Positions 25,480 through 37,384 are shown, counted from the first letter of the whole stretch. The stretch is 63,337 bases of DNA, filler included, from Octopus bimaculoides (GCF_001194135.2; 8 parts of 8 records of this genome joined end to end with filler, not necessarily neighbours in it), one strand, 5' to 3'. Translations and numbers: made by a program. The notes: generated by a model from the sequence alone, not told the origin.

Positions 25480-25525
25480 ATCACTCCCGCACCGTCAATA
25501 CGCAGTCGGCCGCCATCTTGTTTAG
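25480..25525 (-). promoter_or_regulatory. YY1-type motif AAGATGGCGG (25510-25519) in a small CpG-containing patch
   Basis: Motif visible in sequence; promoter function is inference only. Confidence 0.3.
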
Positions 25526-25907
25526 TTGCTTTTATTTCTGCTTATATTTATTCTACGTTACTTTTGGGGGTTTTCTTGGAATTTTTTTGTTGTTATTTCT
25601 CTTTATTTTCTCTTTTCTTTCATATGGGTTGGTTAGTTCCTTTTTCTTTGGTTTTGTTGTTATTTTAGTTTCTTTGCTTTGTTTTTGTTTTTGTTTCTTT
25701 TTTGTTTTATTTTTGTTTTTGTTTTTTTTGTTTGTTTTTTACTGCTACTGTTGTTGTTATTACTGTTGTTGTTACTTTTAATATTGACTGCTTGCTGCGG
25801 TTTGCTAACTGAGTGTTACTATAACTACTATTATTATTGTTACTGTTTTCTTTCTTTTCTTTGCCGTCGTTGACATATAAATATTACTATAATTTCAGTT
25901 TTTAATG

Positions 25908-25946
<39 letters not shown>

Positions 25947-26122
25947 TGTGATTATTATTGTTACCATCATTATTGTTGTTATTATTATTATTATCATCAT
26001 CATCATCATTATCATCATCATCATTCAGTGCTAATATTAATTTTGCTATGATTAAGCGGAGTTTTTTTATAGAGAGAGCATTATACGCCTACAAGTATTA
26101 TCATTGCTAGAATAGAAATTAC

Positions 26123-26168
<46 letters not shown>

Positions 26169-26256
26169 TGTTGTTGTTGTTGTTGTTGTTGTTGCCAGCT
26201 GAAGTTATTCTTGTAGATGTGGGGTCAGCACTAAATCATTTGATTTCATTTTCACA

Positions 26257-26302
<46 letters not shown>

Positions 26303-26457
26303 CATATATATATATGCATACATGTGTGTGTGCGTGTGTATGTATGTGTGTGGGTATATATACACGTACATACATGCATACATACATACGTACATACATA
26401 TATACATGTATATATGTATATATGCATATGCATGTGTGTTTGTGTGTGTATTTAGTA

Positions 26458-26520
<63 letters not shown>

Positions 26521-27059
26521 GAGAGAGATTTTGGCCAAAAGACTGTGTAGCCTCAATTTATACCTTTGTATTTTCTATACTTTTTAATTTGTCTTATTAA
26601 TTTGGTTTGTTGACTTTTTGCTGGTTCCTTTGCTGTAGTTGTGGCTATTGTTATTGTTGTTGTTGTTGTTGTTGCTGCTGCTGCTGCTCCTATTGTCCTT
26701 GTTGTTGTTGCTATCATTCTTGTCGCCGCTGCTGCTGTGTTGATGCTATGTTTATAGTTGCTAGAGATTCTGTCGTTGATCTTGCAGTTGTTACTTTTTG
26801 TTCGCTTGTTATAATTTCTTTGGCGGAGTTGGGGTAGGATTTTTGGTTTGTTTTGTATTGTTGTTTTTTTTTTTTTACCGTTGTTGTTTTTTTTTTTTTT
26901 CTTTGCTTATGTTTGGTGAGGGTGGTATTGGCGTGTGATTTTTGCGGAAGAAAAATGGTATAAGAGAAGCAAACAGATAAAAGATAAAATGCGCCAAAAA
27001 AATACTACACACATAAAAAAATAAGTCAACAACTATAGTAAAAAAAAGAATCCTAAACG

Positions 27060-27110
27060 AATGAACAATCGCCATTTTGTCGCAAGAATTAACTGACGTC
27101 AATATTCTAC
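27060..27110 (-). promoter_or_regulatory. Candidate internal promoter: CRE TGACGTCA (27094-27101) followed by YY1-type AAAATGGCG (27078-27070)
   Basis: Two canonical motifs 15 nt apart, oriented with the minus strand; donor-like caacg|gtaaaa about 190 nt downstream (~26877). Confidence 0.4.
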
Positions 27111-27224
27111 AGACTATGGAAACGACAGGGTTTTGGAATATCTTTAGTCAATGGTGTCTTGCTAAGCATTGATTAATATCCAGCGCACTTTTTCGATAAC
27201 TAACTTGGAACACACAAAGACGTA

Positions 27225-27311
27225 GAAGAAGAAGAAGAAGAAGAAGAAGAAGAAGAAGAAGAAGAAGAAGAAGAAGAAGAAGAAGAAGAAGAAGAAGAAG
27301 AAGAAGAAGAA
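27225..27311. repeat. (AGA)n microsatellite running into a gap
   Basis: Directly visible. Confidence 0.98.
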
Positions 27312-27891
27312 NNNNNNNNNNNNNNNNNNNNNNNNNNNNNNNNNNNNNNNNNNNNNNNNNNNNNNNNNNNNNNNNNNNNNNNNNNNNNNNNNNNNNNNNN
27401 NNNNNNNNNNNNNNNNNNNNNNNNNNNNNNNNNNNNNNNNNNNNNNNNNNNNNNNNNNNNNNNNNNNNNNNNNNNNNNNNNNNNNNNNNNNNNNNNNNNN
27501 NNNNNNNNNNNNNNNNNNNNNNNNNNNNNNNNNNNNNNNNNNNNNNNNNNNNNNNNNNNNNNNNNNNNNNNNNNNNNNNNNNNNNNNNNNNNNNNNNNNN
27601 NNNNNNNNNNNNNNNNNNNNNNNNNNNNNNNNNNNNNNNNNNNNNNNNNNNNNNNNNNNNNNNNNNNNNNNNNNNNNNNNNNNNNNNNNNNNNNNNNNNN
27701 NNNNNNNNNNNNNNNNNNNNNNNNNNNNNNNNNNNNNNNNNNNNNNNNNNNNNNNNNNNNNNNNNNNNNNNNNNNNNNNNNNNNNNNNNNNNNNNNNNNN
27801 NNNNNNNNNNNNNNNNNNNNNNNNNNNNNNNNNNNNNNNNNNNNNNTGTGTGTGTGTGTGTGTGTGTGTGTTTATGTGTATTTATGTATGA

Positions 27892-27924
<33 letters not shown>

Positions 27925-28189
27925 ATTAGTTTGAAAGTAAATGGCAAAGTAAAATATGCTCCATTATTTGACCATAGATAAATAAAAGACAAAGACGACC
28001 ATGGCGTGAATTTAATTAATGTAAAGGGGCGCAACTCAAAGCATTTTCATTGTTCTACCATCTATTTTAACCAATCTTTGATATTATTTGTCTTTAAATT
28101 AATGGTGTATTACCGTATATAGATACCGGTCTTGAAGACATAAGACATGCTATTTCTTTGAATGCTGTTGTTGCTGCCAATTCCGCTCT

Positions 28190-28390
28190 TGTTGATATTT
28201 AGCCACATATCAACTTTATTCAGCTAGGTCTAAGATCAAAGTCATTCCAGGTTCGATTTTCCGTATATCAAGGACTACATTATCAATGTATTCTTCGGTT
28301 TTTGTTTGTTTTAGAGTTAGGAGATTAGACAGAAGGATAACAGACTCCCTCGTTGGATCGTTTACAACATGGCATGTTTTCTAATCAGTT
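28190..28390 (-). mobile_element. SINE family E ((CAA)n-tailed) remnant
   Basis: gttgatatttagccac..taagatcaaagtcattccagg..ggactacattatcaatgt resembles the reverse complement of the copy at 40.7-41.1 kb. Confidence 0.55.
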
Positions 28391-28559
28391 TGATCTTCTA
28401 GGTTTTCTACACATAATAACCCGGAAACGTGAAATATTATTCACAAGATGAGTTGTTTGTAGCAAAATAAAGCACTCTGCCTCGATATTTTCAACGCCGT
28501 AAAAGAAAAATCTATATCTGGTTACTATCATGTGACGTGTACAAATTTTCGGTAAAAAA

Positions 28560-28950
28560 TATGCGGACCCTCGCAGCGACGCCCACGCAGCGGCACCCTC
28601 CAACTCGACGGATCATCGGGTAGTCATCTCGAATGGCCATCAGTGAAAGCTTTATTGCACCAACAGTTTTAGGTCCAATAAGGCTTGCACAGCACCTCAC
28701 AGACCCTCTGCACCCTAACATTATCCAGAGACAAACTAGGGCAAAATATTCAGTGCCAATATTGATCGCAAGCTCAGGAATGTGGAAGCGCCATGATCTC
28801 AAGTGCAAGCAAAATATCCCAAAAATTCCAATGCCACTTCCCGCATATATGAAAATGACCTCTTCCTCGAGACATGCTTTTCCAAAAGCTAAGGGATACC
28901 TCACCCCCCAGTGGTCTTCCAGCACACTGGACACCAACCCGTAATTTTTG
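28560..28950 (+). pseudogene. Degenerate C2H2 zinc-finger-like relic, possibly the 5' ORF region of an R2-superfamily retrotransposon
   Basis: GC-rich island; frameshifted reading gives HQ*KLYCTNSFRSN/RLAQHLTDPLHP, IQCQY/DRKLRNVEAP*SQVQAKYP and YENDLFLETCFSKS*GIPH; no TGEKP linkers. Confidence 0.35.
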
Positions 28951-29338
28951 CTGTTGCTAGATAGTCGTTTGAACTACACTAGGTTCATCCATGTTTTTGA
29001 TGGGTCTTGCTTTTAGTCCTGTTGGGTTTCTGGCGACTCTTCTCACCAGATAAATCTAGTGGGGATACTAGTTTAGTTACCGAAAACGCTTGTCGCCTTG
29101 CAACAATCCCAGAAGCTGTTTTTGGTACCAAGGAACGTAACTCTTAACTCAACCCCTTGCTAATTCATTTCCTCATCTTAAAGAGCAGTCACTATAACTA
29201 CCCTCTCTGAAGAGCGCAAGGTTACATAATCAAGTTGTTATCAAACACCTAGTTGAACCACTGGTGCGAAACCGATTCGTAAGGTCGATAGTAATGGATA
29301 TATAATTCTTTACACTTCGATTAATATAGATAGATTAA

Positions 29339-29339
<1 letters not shown>

Positions 29340-29390
<51 letters not shown>

Positions 29391-29392
29391 GC

Positions 29393-29439
<47 letters not shown>

Positions 29440-29440
29440 G
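29340..29440. repeat. (AGAC)n/(AGAT)n microsatellite
   Basis: Directly visible. Confidence 0.97.
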
Positions 29441-29449
29441 AAACTTATT

Positions 29450-29846
29450 TGTAAGGCCGGAACAATGCGGGACGGTACAAAATAAACTATAAAAGGAAAA
29501 AAGTTAAAGTTTTAGCTTGTATCTCTATTTTCCGGGGTTATAACTTCTTCAGGACATTTGGTCTATCACAGAGTGACCAATGATTTCGCATCCATAAAGC
29601 GCTTAGCCATGAAGGCTGGTCCTACTCTAATAACCGTGGGCTATTACCTCACGTTATATGTCCGCAGTCATTACAGTCCGACGAGCTGTCTGTTAGGATC
29701 AACGCTTTATGGATGCAAAGCTATTGGTCACTCTATAACCGGACATATAATCACTCCCAAACCAGTTAAGAATCCCATCCTTGAAGGATCGATGATAGAT
29801 GGGTCGAAACAATTGTAATGATTAATAAACATTCTCGTATCTTTCA
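29450..29846 (+). mobile_element. Candidate solo LTR (~397 bp)
   Basis: Starts TGTAAG and ends CTTTCA (5/6 inverted match), internal tataaaag, AATAAA 17 nt before the end; no clean TSD. Confidence 0.35.
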
Positions 29847-31629
29847 TTGCTGAGTAACATTTCAAAAGATTCTTGATGCCATCCTTGTAGTCCATTGCCT
29901 TTTGTTGCCCAAGAAATTCTCACAGATCCAATTGAAAGCATTCCAGGCAGGCAATACCAGTTCATCCAGTGTTGTCTTGAAGTTGAGATTTTTGAGTACT
30001 TCTCTAATTTTGGGTCCGATAAAGATATTTTCTTTCGACTTCGCCTGTGTGACTTTGGGAAACTTTTCTCTGGCATTTCTCTTTCCTAGTGTCTTTACAA
30101 ACTGTTTCATCAATCTAAGCTTTATGTCCAAAGGAGGCAATAGGACATTACATGGATCTACAAGAAGTGTATTCTTGACGCTAAGACAGTCCTGGCTGGT
30201 ATGGTGTTCTTGTTTGATTCTGAATAATAGTCACTTTCCCGACAATCCCATAGACACAAGAAGCAAGAAACATTCCAATGACTTCTTAAATTTCCACATA
30301 TTTTCCATGAGTATCTTTCATAGGCAATGGCATGAAGTAAAAGTTCCATATTCTCATATGATTCATGAAGATGAATGGAGTGTGCAATAGAAATGCAGGG
30401 CTGAAAATTACCATTATGGAGACGTACATCTTTTAAATTTCGTTTTCAAGAGTCAATAAACAAACGCCACTCTGCAGGATCAGGAGTTTGTGATAAACAT
30501 TCGAAAAGTCTATCGAAAAGCAAAGCAGGCCTTCAACAGAAAAACATGTTTGTAGAACCACATTTCTCTACCGAAAATAAGTTATACGAATACCGAGTTC
30601 TAGCAGATATTTCTCCTTCAGTCTTGATGCCAACTGTTCTGCTTTATCTTTTGAGACAGGTCTCTGACAAGGTCATTCAGTTCAGCTTGGAAAATTTTCT
30701 GAAGTTCAAAGCTATCGTCATCACCGACGTAATCTTCCTCGGCAGCACTATCGTGACAGTCAGCATCATCATCTGATGTTTCAGTACCATCATCTGGTGG
30801 AACTAAAATTGGCAGACGTTCATTGTGAGACACAGGTCTCATTGCAGAATCCAAATAAGGATGCACAATTTTGTGTTTATTCTTCATAGAAAACCCTGAG
30901 ACATTTACTTTGCAAAAATAACGGTCATTAAAATGGTCTTTCGGCTCCCTCCACATCATTGGAATGGCAAAAGGCATGGTCTAATTATTATTATTGAACC
31001 AGTCACGTAAGCCATTTGAGAAAGCTGAGCAGATAAAATGTGGTGCCCATAACTTGTTCTGATCTCCAAGAGGACAGTCAAAGTATAGTTTATAAATCTT
31101 CTTGATCTCTGGTGTTGTACGTTTTTGAGCTTTCACAATAATTTATTTCACAATAAATTGTCCACAGACATAACAAAACACTTCAGGACGATTTCTGCAC
31201 TGTCTTGACATTCTTAACATTGTAAAACAAGTAAGGAAATAGATACAAACGGTTATAATTATATTGAATTTGAGATGATGAAATATTTCATCAGACCAAT
31301 TATAACTGGACAGTTTGAGATGTTGAAATACCTACTTCATCAGACAAAATTTGATTAGTTAATTTAAGATGAAATATTGCATCTAAACTATGCAGCAATG
31401 AATAATGTAGTCTATTTTACAAGTATGTTTCCATGATGTAAATGAAATACATGCATACACGTCATTAATTGGAATTTCTATATAATGCCTGAGCTAAAAC
31501 CAAAAAACTTTCTCATCTTGAAAACTGTACGTGATGTCAAAAAATTAATTGTATATTTGAAATCAGTATTAAAAACTATACTAAGTACACCTTGACATAT
31601 GCTTGATAAAAAATACTTGTTGAGCAGTG
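29847..31629 (-). mobile_element. Chapaev3-like (CMC superfamily) DNA transposon, 3'-truncated, transposase pseudogene
   Basis: CACTG terminus at 31629 flanked by TTA. Minus-strand reading from 31211: MSRQCRNRPEVFCYVCGQF..YKLYFDCPLGDQNKLWAPHFIC..MPFAIPMMWREPKDHFNDRYFC..SAMRPVSH..QAELNDLVRDL..DPAEWRLFIDS*KRNLK..LHNGN..WKICGNL..CFLCLWD..LPPLDIKLRLMKQFVK..KENIFIGPKIR..FLGNKR; stops and frameshifts. Confidence 0.85.
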
Positions 31630-31929
31630 TAATCAACAATATTTAGGTTCAATTTTCCCAGGATTTGCAAAGACGATTATATGTATCTTTCACTTTTTGT
31701 CTCTCTCCAAGTACACACACACACATACACACACACATATGTNNNNNNNNNNNNNNNNNNNNNNNNNNNNNNNNNNNNNNNNNNNNTTAATTAATTAANN
31801 NNNNNNNNNNNNNNNNNNNNNNNNNNNNNNNNNNNNNNNNNNCCCTACAGAAATGACTACAGTCATTTCCTTCCAGAAAGGCGACACACGAGGGAGAGAG
31901 AGAAATTTTGAAAGCCTACCTTTTGTACC

Positions 31930-32170
31930 CCCCAGCCCATAAAATGTCTTTTCGTCCAACATCTTTTGGTCCGGCGTCCTTCTGTCTGGTGATTTTTTTT
32001 TTGTCCAATGACAAATCCTATCAATAAAAATTCTCAAAGGTCATTTTATTTCGATGTCCACCTTTTCTAAAGAGTTTACTTAGGTTTGGACAGAAAAAAA
32101 CAAAAAAAAAACGTGGATGAAAGGGTCATTAGACAAAGTGACATTGGACAAAACGTCAGGTCGCGGTGAC
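31930..32170. mobile_element. MITE-like remnant with inverted subterminal motifs
   Basis: Left side ttttcgtccaa/ttttggtcc/ttttgtccaatgac is mirrored by tcattagacaaa/cattggacaaaacgtc on the right. Confidence 0.45.
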
Positions 32171-32622
32171 TGACAGGGTCAACAAAAACAACAACAAAGG
32201 CAAAAACAAACCGTCTCTGATGGGTTCCACAAGCAACAGAGGCAAGTTGAATCCATTATCTTGTCTAAGGAACACAGCACAATGGCTATAGCAAAGTTTG
32301 AACTCCTTCCCCCATGGTTTACAAGTCCAACAGTTTGATAGCGGAGGGGGTCACATGAAGCAATCAATATGAAGCCATACAACGACGGTGACAAAGGTAA
32401 ATATAAGCCAAAAGCACAACAAATCTTCCTGATTTACAAAACAAATTAAAATAGAGACAGCAGGTGGGTAGGTGGGAGTGCATGTGAGTTGTAACTGGGC
32501 AAGTGTTGGTTTGACTGTGTAGGTGTGTGTGTGTGATATGCACATAATATAGACATTCATATACACACAGGGTGTATATGATTTTAATTGTATGTATTTA
32601 CATACACATATATCTGTGTGCA

Positions 32623-32663
<41 letters not shown>

Positions 32664-32794
32664 AAGTATATATGCACACAAAAACATCAACAATCACTTT
32701 GTGTATGTGTGTGTGTCTATGTATGGATATGTGTATATATATAGATATATATATATATGAAAATATATGTGAGTGTGTGTATGTATGTATACAT

Positions 32795-32864
<70 letters not shown>

Positions 32865-34009
32865 CATACTTCAAGTGAGTGAATAGGTTTGAAGGAACAA
32901 AAAGCAGAGGAGTGGGTGGGTGGAGTTGGTTTCAGAACTAATTCTAGAAATCAATTCAAATGAAGGTCACACAACAACAACAGCAGCAACCACCACCACC
33001 ACCACCATCGTCACAACTACAGTTGCTGGATTAGCATTTTAAAAATATCTTGTGCTATAAAAAGCTGAAAGGGAGAAGCGATAAAGTGAAAATTGTAAGT
33101 AATCATCGAAAGGAATCCTTAATGGACAGCAGATGCAGAAATGCGCGCACGTCTAATCATCAAGTTGCACATATCATTTCAGGTGGATTGTTTTGCCAGA
33201 TCGACTTTCAATGGAGAGACTCAGATAAAATTAGACGCATGAATGGAGCAGTTGAGAAGCTGGAAGCTAAACTGCATGCGTAGGATGTTGTACTGCTAAC
33301 TACATGGCCCCCATGTTTGTATGTGTGCGTGTGTGTGTCTGTGTGTATATACATAGAGAAACACATTCACAAACACACACACATATATACACATACATAA
33401 ATATACATACGTATGTGTATAAATATCCATATATATACATACATAAATACACATGCATGTGTGTATATATATTTATACACATATATATTCATGCATACAT
33501 AAAGCCATACACACATGTGACTGAGTGTGTGTGTGTGTGTTTGTATATGTGTGGATAGATAGATAGATAGATATCGTGAGATAAAGTTACACACACACAT
33601 GTATATGTATGCATACATAGGCATATATTTATCTTTATCTGTTTTTACATCCATTTTTCCATACCATCATGGGTTAGACAGAAATTCATTTTACAACCAG
33701 ATGCTCCTCCGCTCACCAACCCTTAACCAGTCTTTTAAGTAAAGCATCTCATATTCTGCCTGCCTTCAAAAGCACAGGGTGAAGGACATATCACTTGTAG
33801 GCAATATGATCACCACTGCACAGATGGTGCCAGACATGCAGAATGTCGACATTCACTTCATCACCCCTCACTACCCACCACACAACATTGGGTGGCTCAA
33901 GACAATAGAAAGACACCCGGAGTGAGGTATAGTTGAGGTAAATCGTAGTGTATATATATGTGTAAAGGTGCATGGCTTAGTAGTGCCAGTTATATAAATA
34001 TCTGTGTGT

Positions 34010-34275
34010 GTGTGTGAATGTTTCCTTGTGTTCACATTGTGAGTTTCTTTTGTAAACGAATATCACCATCATACAAGCAGTGTTGCTCATATTCAGTCTT
34101 CCACGGAAACATGTCTGGCCGTTGAGCTGTTCTTGTTCAAAGAGCTAGGGGAAATATCAATTTGGTTGGAACCAGATGAGGGTTGACGACCTGCAGAGTC
34201 TCTGGCTGTACAAAACCTGCCTCAGTGAAATTTTGTCTGATCCATGCAAGCATGGAAAAGCAGACATTGTGATGA
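34010..34275 (+). mobile_element. SINE/LINE-tail family D with (GAT)n tail
   Basis: Ends catgcaagcatggaaaagcagacattgtgatgatg, the reverse complement of the ends of copies at 38.5 and 38.7 kb. Confidence 0.7.
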
Positions 34276-34819
34276 TGAGGAGGAGGAGGAGGAAATATTA
34301 AATAGCAACATTCTTTACAGTGAAATATGGTGTGTTGTTTTTATACCCGCAGCCCTGGCCATGTGATAGACAAACGAGAGGGCCAGTATATAATTATCGT
34401 GTCGTATAATTAACTGAAATAACGGTACACATGAACCGAACAAATATGACGTGTGAATTCAAACAACAGTACAGTAAATTACAGTAATTACACTACGAAT
34501 AATAATAATAATAAATAATAATAACAATAATAATAATAATGTGTGTGTGAGAAAGAGACACAGAGTCCATTCAGATTTAACATGGAAACAAAGACACCAA
34601 TATGCTCAATTATCAGAAATCAATATGATTGCCGAAATTCTATCAGGAAACACAAATATATATTTGTTGTCCAGTATATAAAAGTATCAAAGCTTTGCTC
34701 CGTCGTCTTGGCAGAAATTTCTAGACTAACAGCCAAAGGTTAAAGATATAACTATCTCTTGACCATCATCGAAAGGGCTTTTACGCTGCTGTTTGACCTG
34801 CTGGATATAACAGCCAATT

Positions 34820-35030
34820 TGAACTCAGAACATAAAGTCGGACCCAGTATGCTAACAATTCTGCCAGCTTACCGCCTTAGTAGTAGTAGTAGTAGTAGTA
34901 GTAGTAACCCCATCTACTATAGGCACAAGGTATGAAATAATGGGGGAGGGGTAGTTGATTACATTGACCCCCACCAATGAGATTTGTTTTATTTGCCACA
35001 AGGGCAAGAGATGAGTGGCACAGTACAAAG
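34820..35030 (-). mobile_element. SINE family B fragments around a (TAG)n repeat
   Basis: tttgaactcagaac..tgctaacaattctgccagcttaccgcc and ataggcacaagg..gttgattacattgacccc. Confidence 0.75.
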
Positions 35031-35268
35031 ACAGACTTAAAAGAATGGGTATTTACATAGAATGGCAGAATATGATACAAGAAAAAAAGAATTTTAATGC
35101 AAGTATACATGTTGTGCAATATATACAAAAGAAATGAAGGCTACATCAGTTAACAACAACACCGACAACAATGGAATAGGCTCTGTAAATGTTTCGAAAT
35201 CAGGCGTTCGGCCCCGTTTCTTAACCTTGAACAATTTGTATGCATGTCTGTTTGTCTTTCCCACTTAC

Positions 35269-35334
35269 AAGATCTGTTGGCCATTCTTTTGTCATGTTTT
35301 TCAGAGGGAGAAAGAGAGAAGTTTCGTGTAACTC
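35269..35334 (-). CDS. Weak candidate 66-nt phase 1-1 cassette exon (RVTRNFSLSPSEKHDKRMANRS)
   Basis: ctgcaag acceptor, gtaagt donor, open and in phase with the RERE exon 530 nt upstream; no homology support. Confidence 0.22.
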
Positions 35335-35864
35335 CTTGCAGTTCATAAGTAAACAAACAACAACGCAGAGTTGTGCCAACAAGTATGCACATTACATATG
35401 CATCAGTGTACATACACACACAGTGTGTATGTATAGATATGCGTATGTACTTATACATAAATATATGTATGAGTGTCTATATAAATATACAGACACAAAC
35501 ACACACATTTGTACACATAGATACATACATTTATGTATGTGTTTCCCTATATACATACATATATATATATATATATAAATATATACGGAAAAACATAAAA
35601 TAGATAAACGAAAAAGCAAAACATGAATTAATATTAAAAAAAAAAACAGTAAGCCAGAGACAAAGGCAGAGTGTTTGTGTTTACGAAGTAAAGTGATATG
35701 GATGTTTACTTAAAACAAAAAAGAAAAGAGAGAGAGGGAAACGGGCAACAGACGGTTGATGAACGTGATGAAGAGGGGGAGGAGGGGGGGTGAGACACAT
35801 GTAAATGAAAATGCGAAAACAAGAAGAAAGAGCAACAACAATGGCAACAGCTAGAGACACTTAC

Positions 35865-35970
35865 TGGTTTCTGTGTGTCGATCTTGCACAAGGTATTGAT
35901 AAACGTTGTAGGGTACTTCAGATGGACGATAATACCATTTCACATTCACCACCAGAGTATCGCGTTTGGT
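35865..35970 (-). CDS. RERE: RERE/Atrophin-2 (arginine-glutamic acid dipeptide repeats protein) internal exon, BAH domain
   Basis: Long polypyrimidine tract plus ttcaag acceptor, gtaagt donor, 106 nt (phase 0 to 1). Encodes [35 protein letters not shown] versus remembered human RERE [35 protein letters not shown]. Confidence 0.92.
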
Positions 35971-36157
35971 CTTGAAACACAAGATGAGGAGGAGGGGGAG
36001 GAAGAAAAAATGAAAAGAAAAGAAAAGAAAGGTTTGTTAGACTGGCAATATTACAAACATTAAGCAATCATCAACATCATCATCAACAACAATATCAACA
36101 TCATCATCAACATCAGCATCATCGACACTATCATCATCCTCATCAGTTTATGCTCAG

Positions 36158-36264
36158 CTTTTGTCTTTTACTTGTTAAAGTCATTAGACTGCGATCATGC
36201 TGGAGCACCACTGCCTTCGAGAATTCTTTTAGTCGAATGAATCGACCCCAGTTCTTATTCTTTC
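36158..36264 (-). mobile_element. SINE family A 3' tail
   Basis: cttttacttgtt..gtcattagactgcgatcatgctggagcacc..atcgaccccag. Confidence 0.8.
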
Positions 36265-36275
36265 TACAGCTGAAT

Positions 36276-36293
36276 GGGTCCATATATGGACCC
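36276..36293. promoter_or_regulatory. Perfect 18-bp palindrome containing a CArG box (CCATATATGG)
   Basis: gggtccatatatggaccc visible; CC(A/T)6GG is the SRF consensus. Confidence 0.4.
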
Positions 36294-37384
36294 ACCAGGG
36301 CCAAATGAACCCCACAGTGTATCACAAGGTTAAGCAATTAAGGTTTTAGATGCAAATTCCAGCAATTAATGTCTTGGATTTTCTTTTATCGCTGGAGAGA
36401 GAGACAGAGACAAAGATAGACAAACGGAAAAGAGAGAGACATAGATAGACAAACGGAAAAGAGAGAGAGGTGGAGGTAGCTAGGTAAACCTTGTGGAAGA
36501 AAAAAATTTCTTTGCTTTATATTTTTTTGGTTATTGTAAGCCTCAGGTTCCCCTCCCCCCCATACACACACATGCCCTAACTCCAGATTGTTAAAAGTCT
36601 GCAAGTGAGAGGGGTAAAATGCGTGAAAAGAAACTGATTGGTGATATATTATTACAGACTTGCAAGGAAATAGGAAAAAAAAAGGAGGAGAATTGTTTAT
36701 ATTAGAAATATTTTGTTGCGGCAGGTAAGAATAAGTTTTACTGCTGCAGAAACCCCTGGAAAGGTGCAGGTGAAGACGGAGTAGCGGTGGGAGGGGGGAA
36801 GTTGATTCTGCTAGAGTACAGCACACCGGTCTGCTTTTTTTCTTTTTCTCTTCCTCTCTGGAAGTGCAAAATCATCAATCAANNNNNNNNNNNNNNNNNN
36901 NNNNNNNNNNNNNNNNNNNNNNNNNNNNNNNNNNNNNNNNNNNNNNNNNNNNNNNNNNNNNNNNNNNNNNNNNNNNNNNNNNNNNNNNNNNNNNNNNNNN
37001 NNNNNNNNNNNNNNNNNNNNNNNNNNNNNNNNNNNNNNNNNNNNNNNNNNNNNNNNNNNNNNNNNNNNNNNNNNNNNNNNNNNNNNNNNNNNNNNNNNNN
37101 NNNNNNNNNNNNNNNNNNNNNNNNNNNNNNNNNNNNNNNNNNNNNNNNNNNNNNNNNNNNNNNNNNNNNNNNNNNNNNNNNNNNNNNNNNNNNNNNNNNN
37201 NNNNNNNNNNNNNNNNNNNNNNNNNNNNNNNNNNNNNNNNNNNNNNNNNNNNNNNNNNNNNNNNNNNNNNNNNNNNNNNNNNNNNNNNNNNNNNNNNNNN
37301 NNNNNNNNNNNNNNNNNCCACCACCAGTACTGCTGCTGCTGCCTGGCACTCTGTCACTTATGACAAGTGTTTCAACTGATTCAA

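Noticed and set aside
28130-28400. Apparent RT motifs (IQRGSLLS, YIDNV, WLNINKS) on the minus strand
   Set aside because: The DNA is better explained as a decayed family E SINE, so the peptide match is coincidental.
29902-30390. 162-aa plus-strand ORF
   Set aside because: Antisense shadow of the Chapaev3-like transposase.
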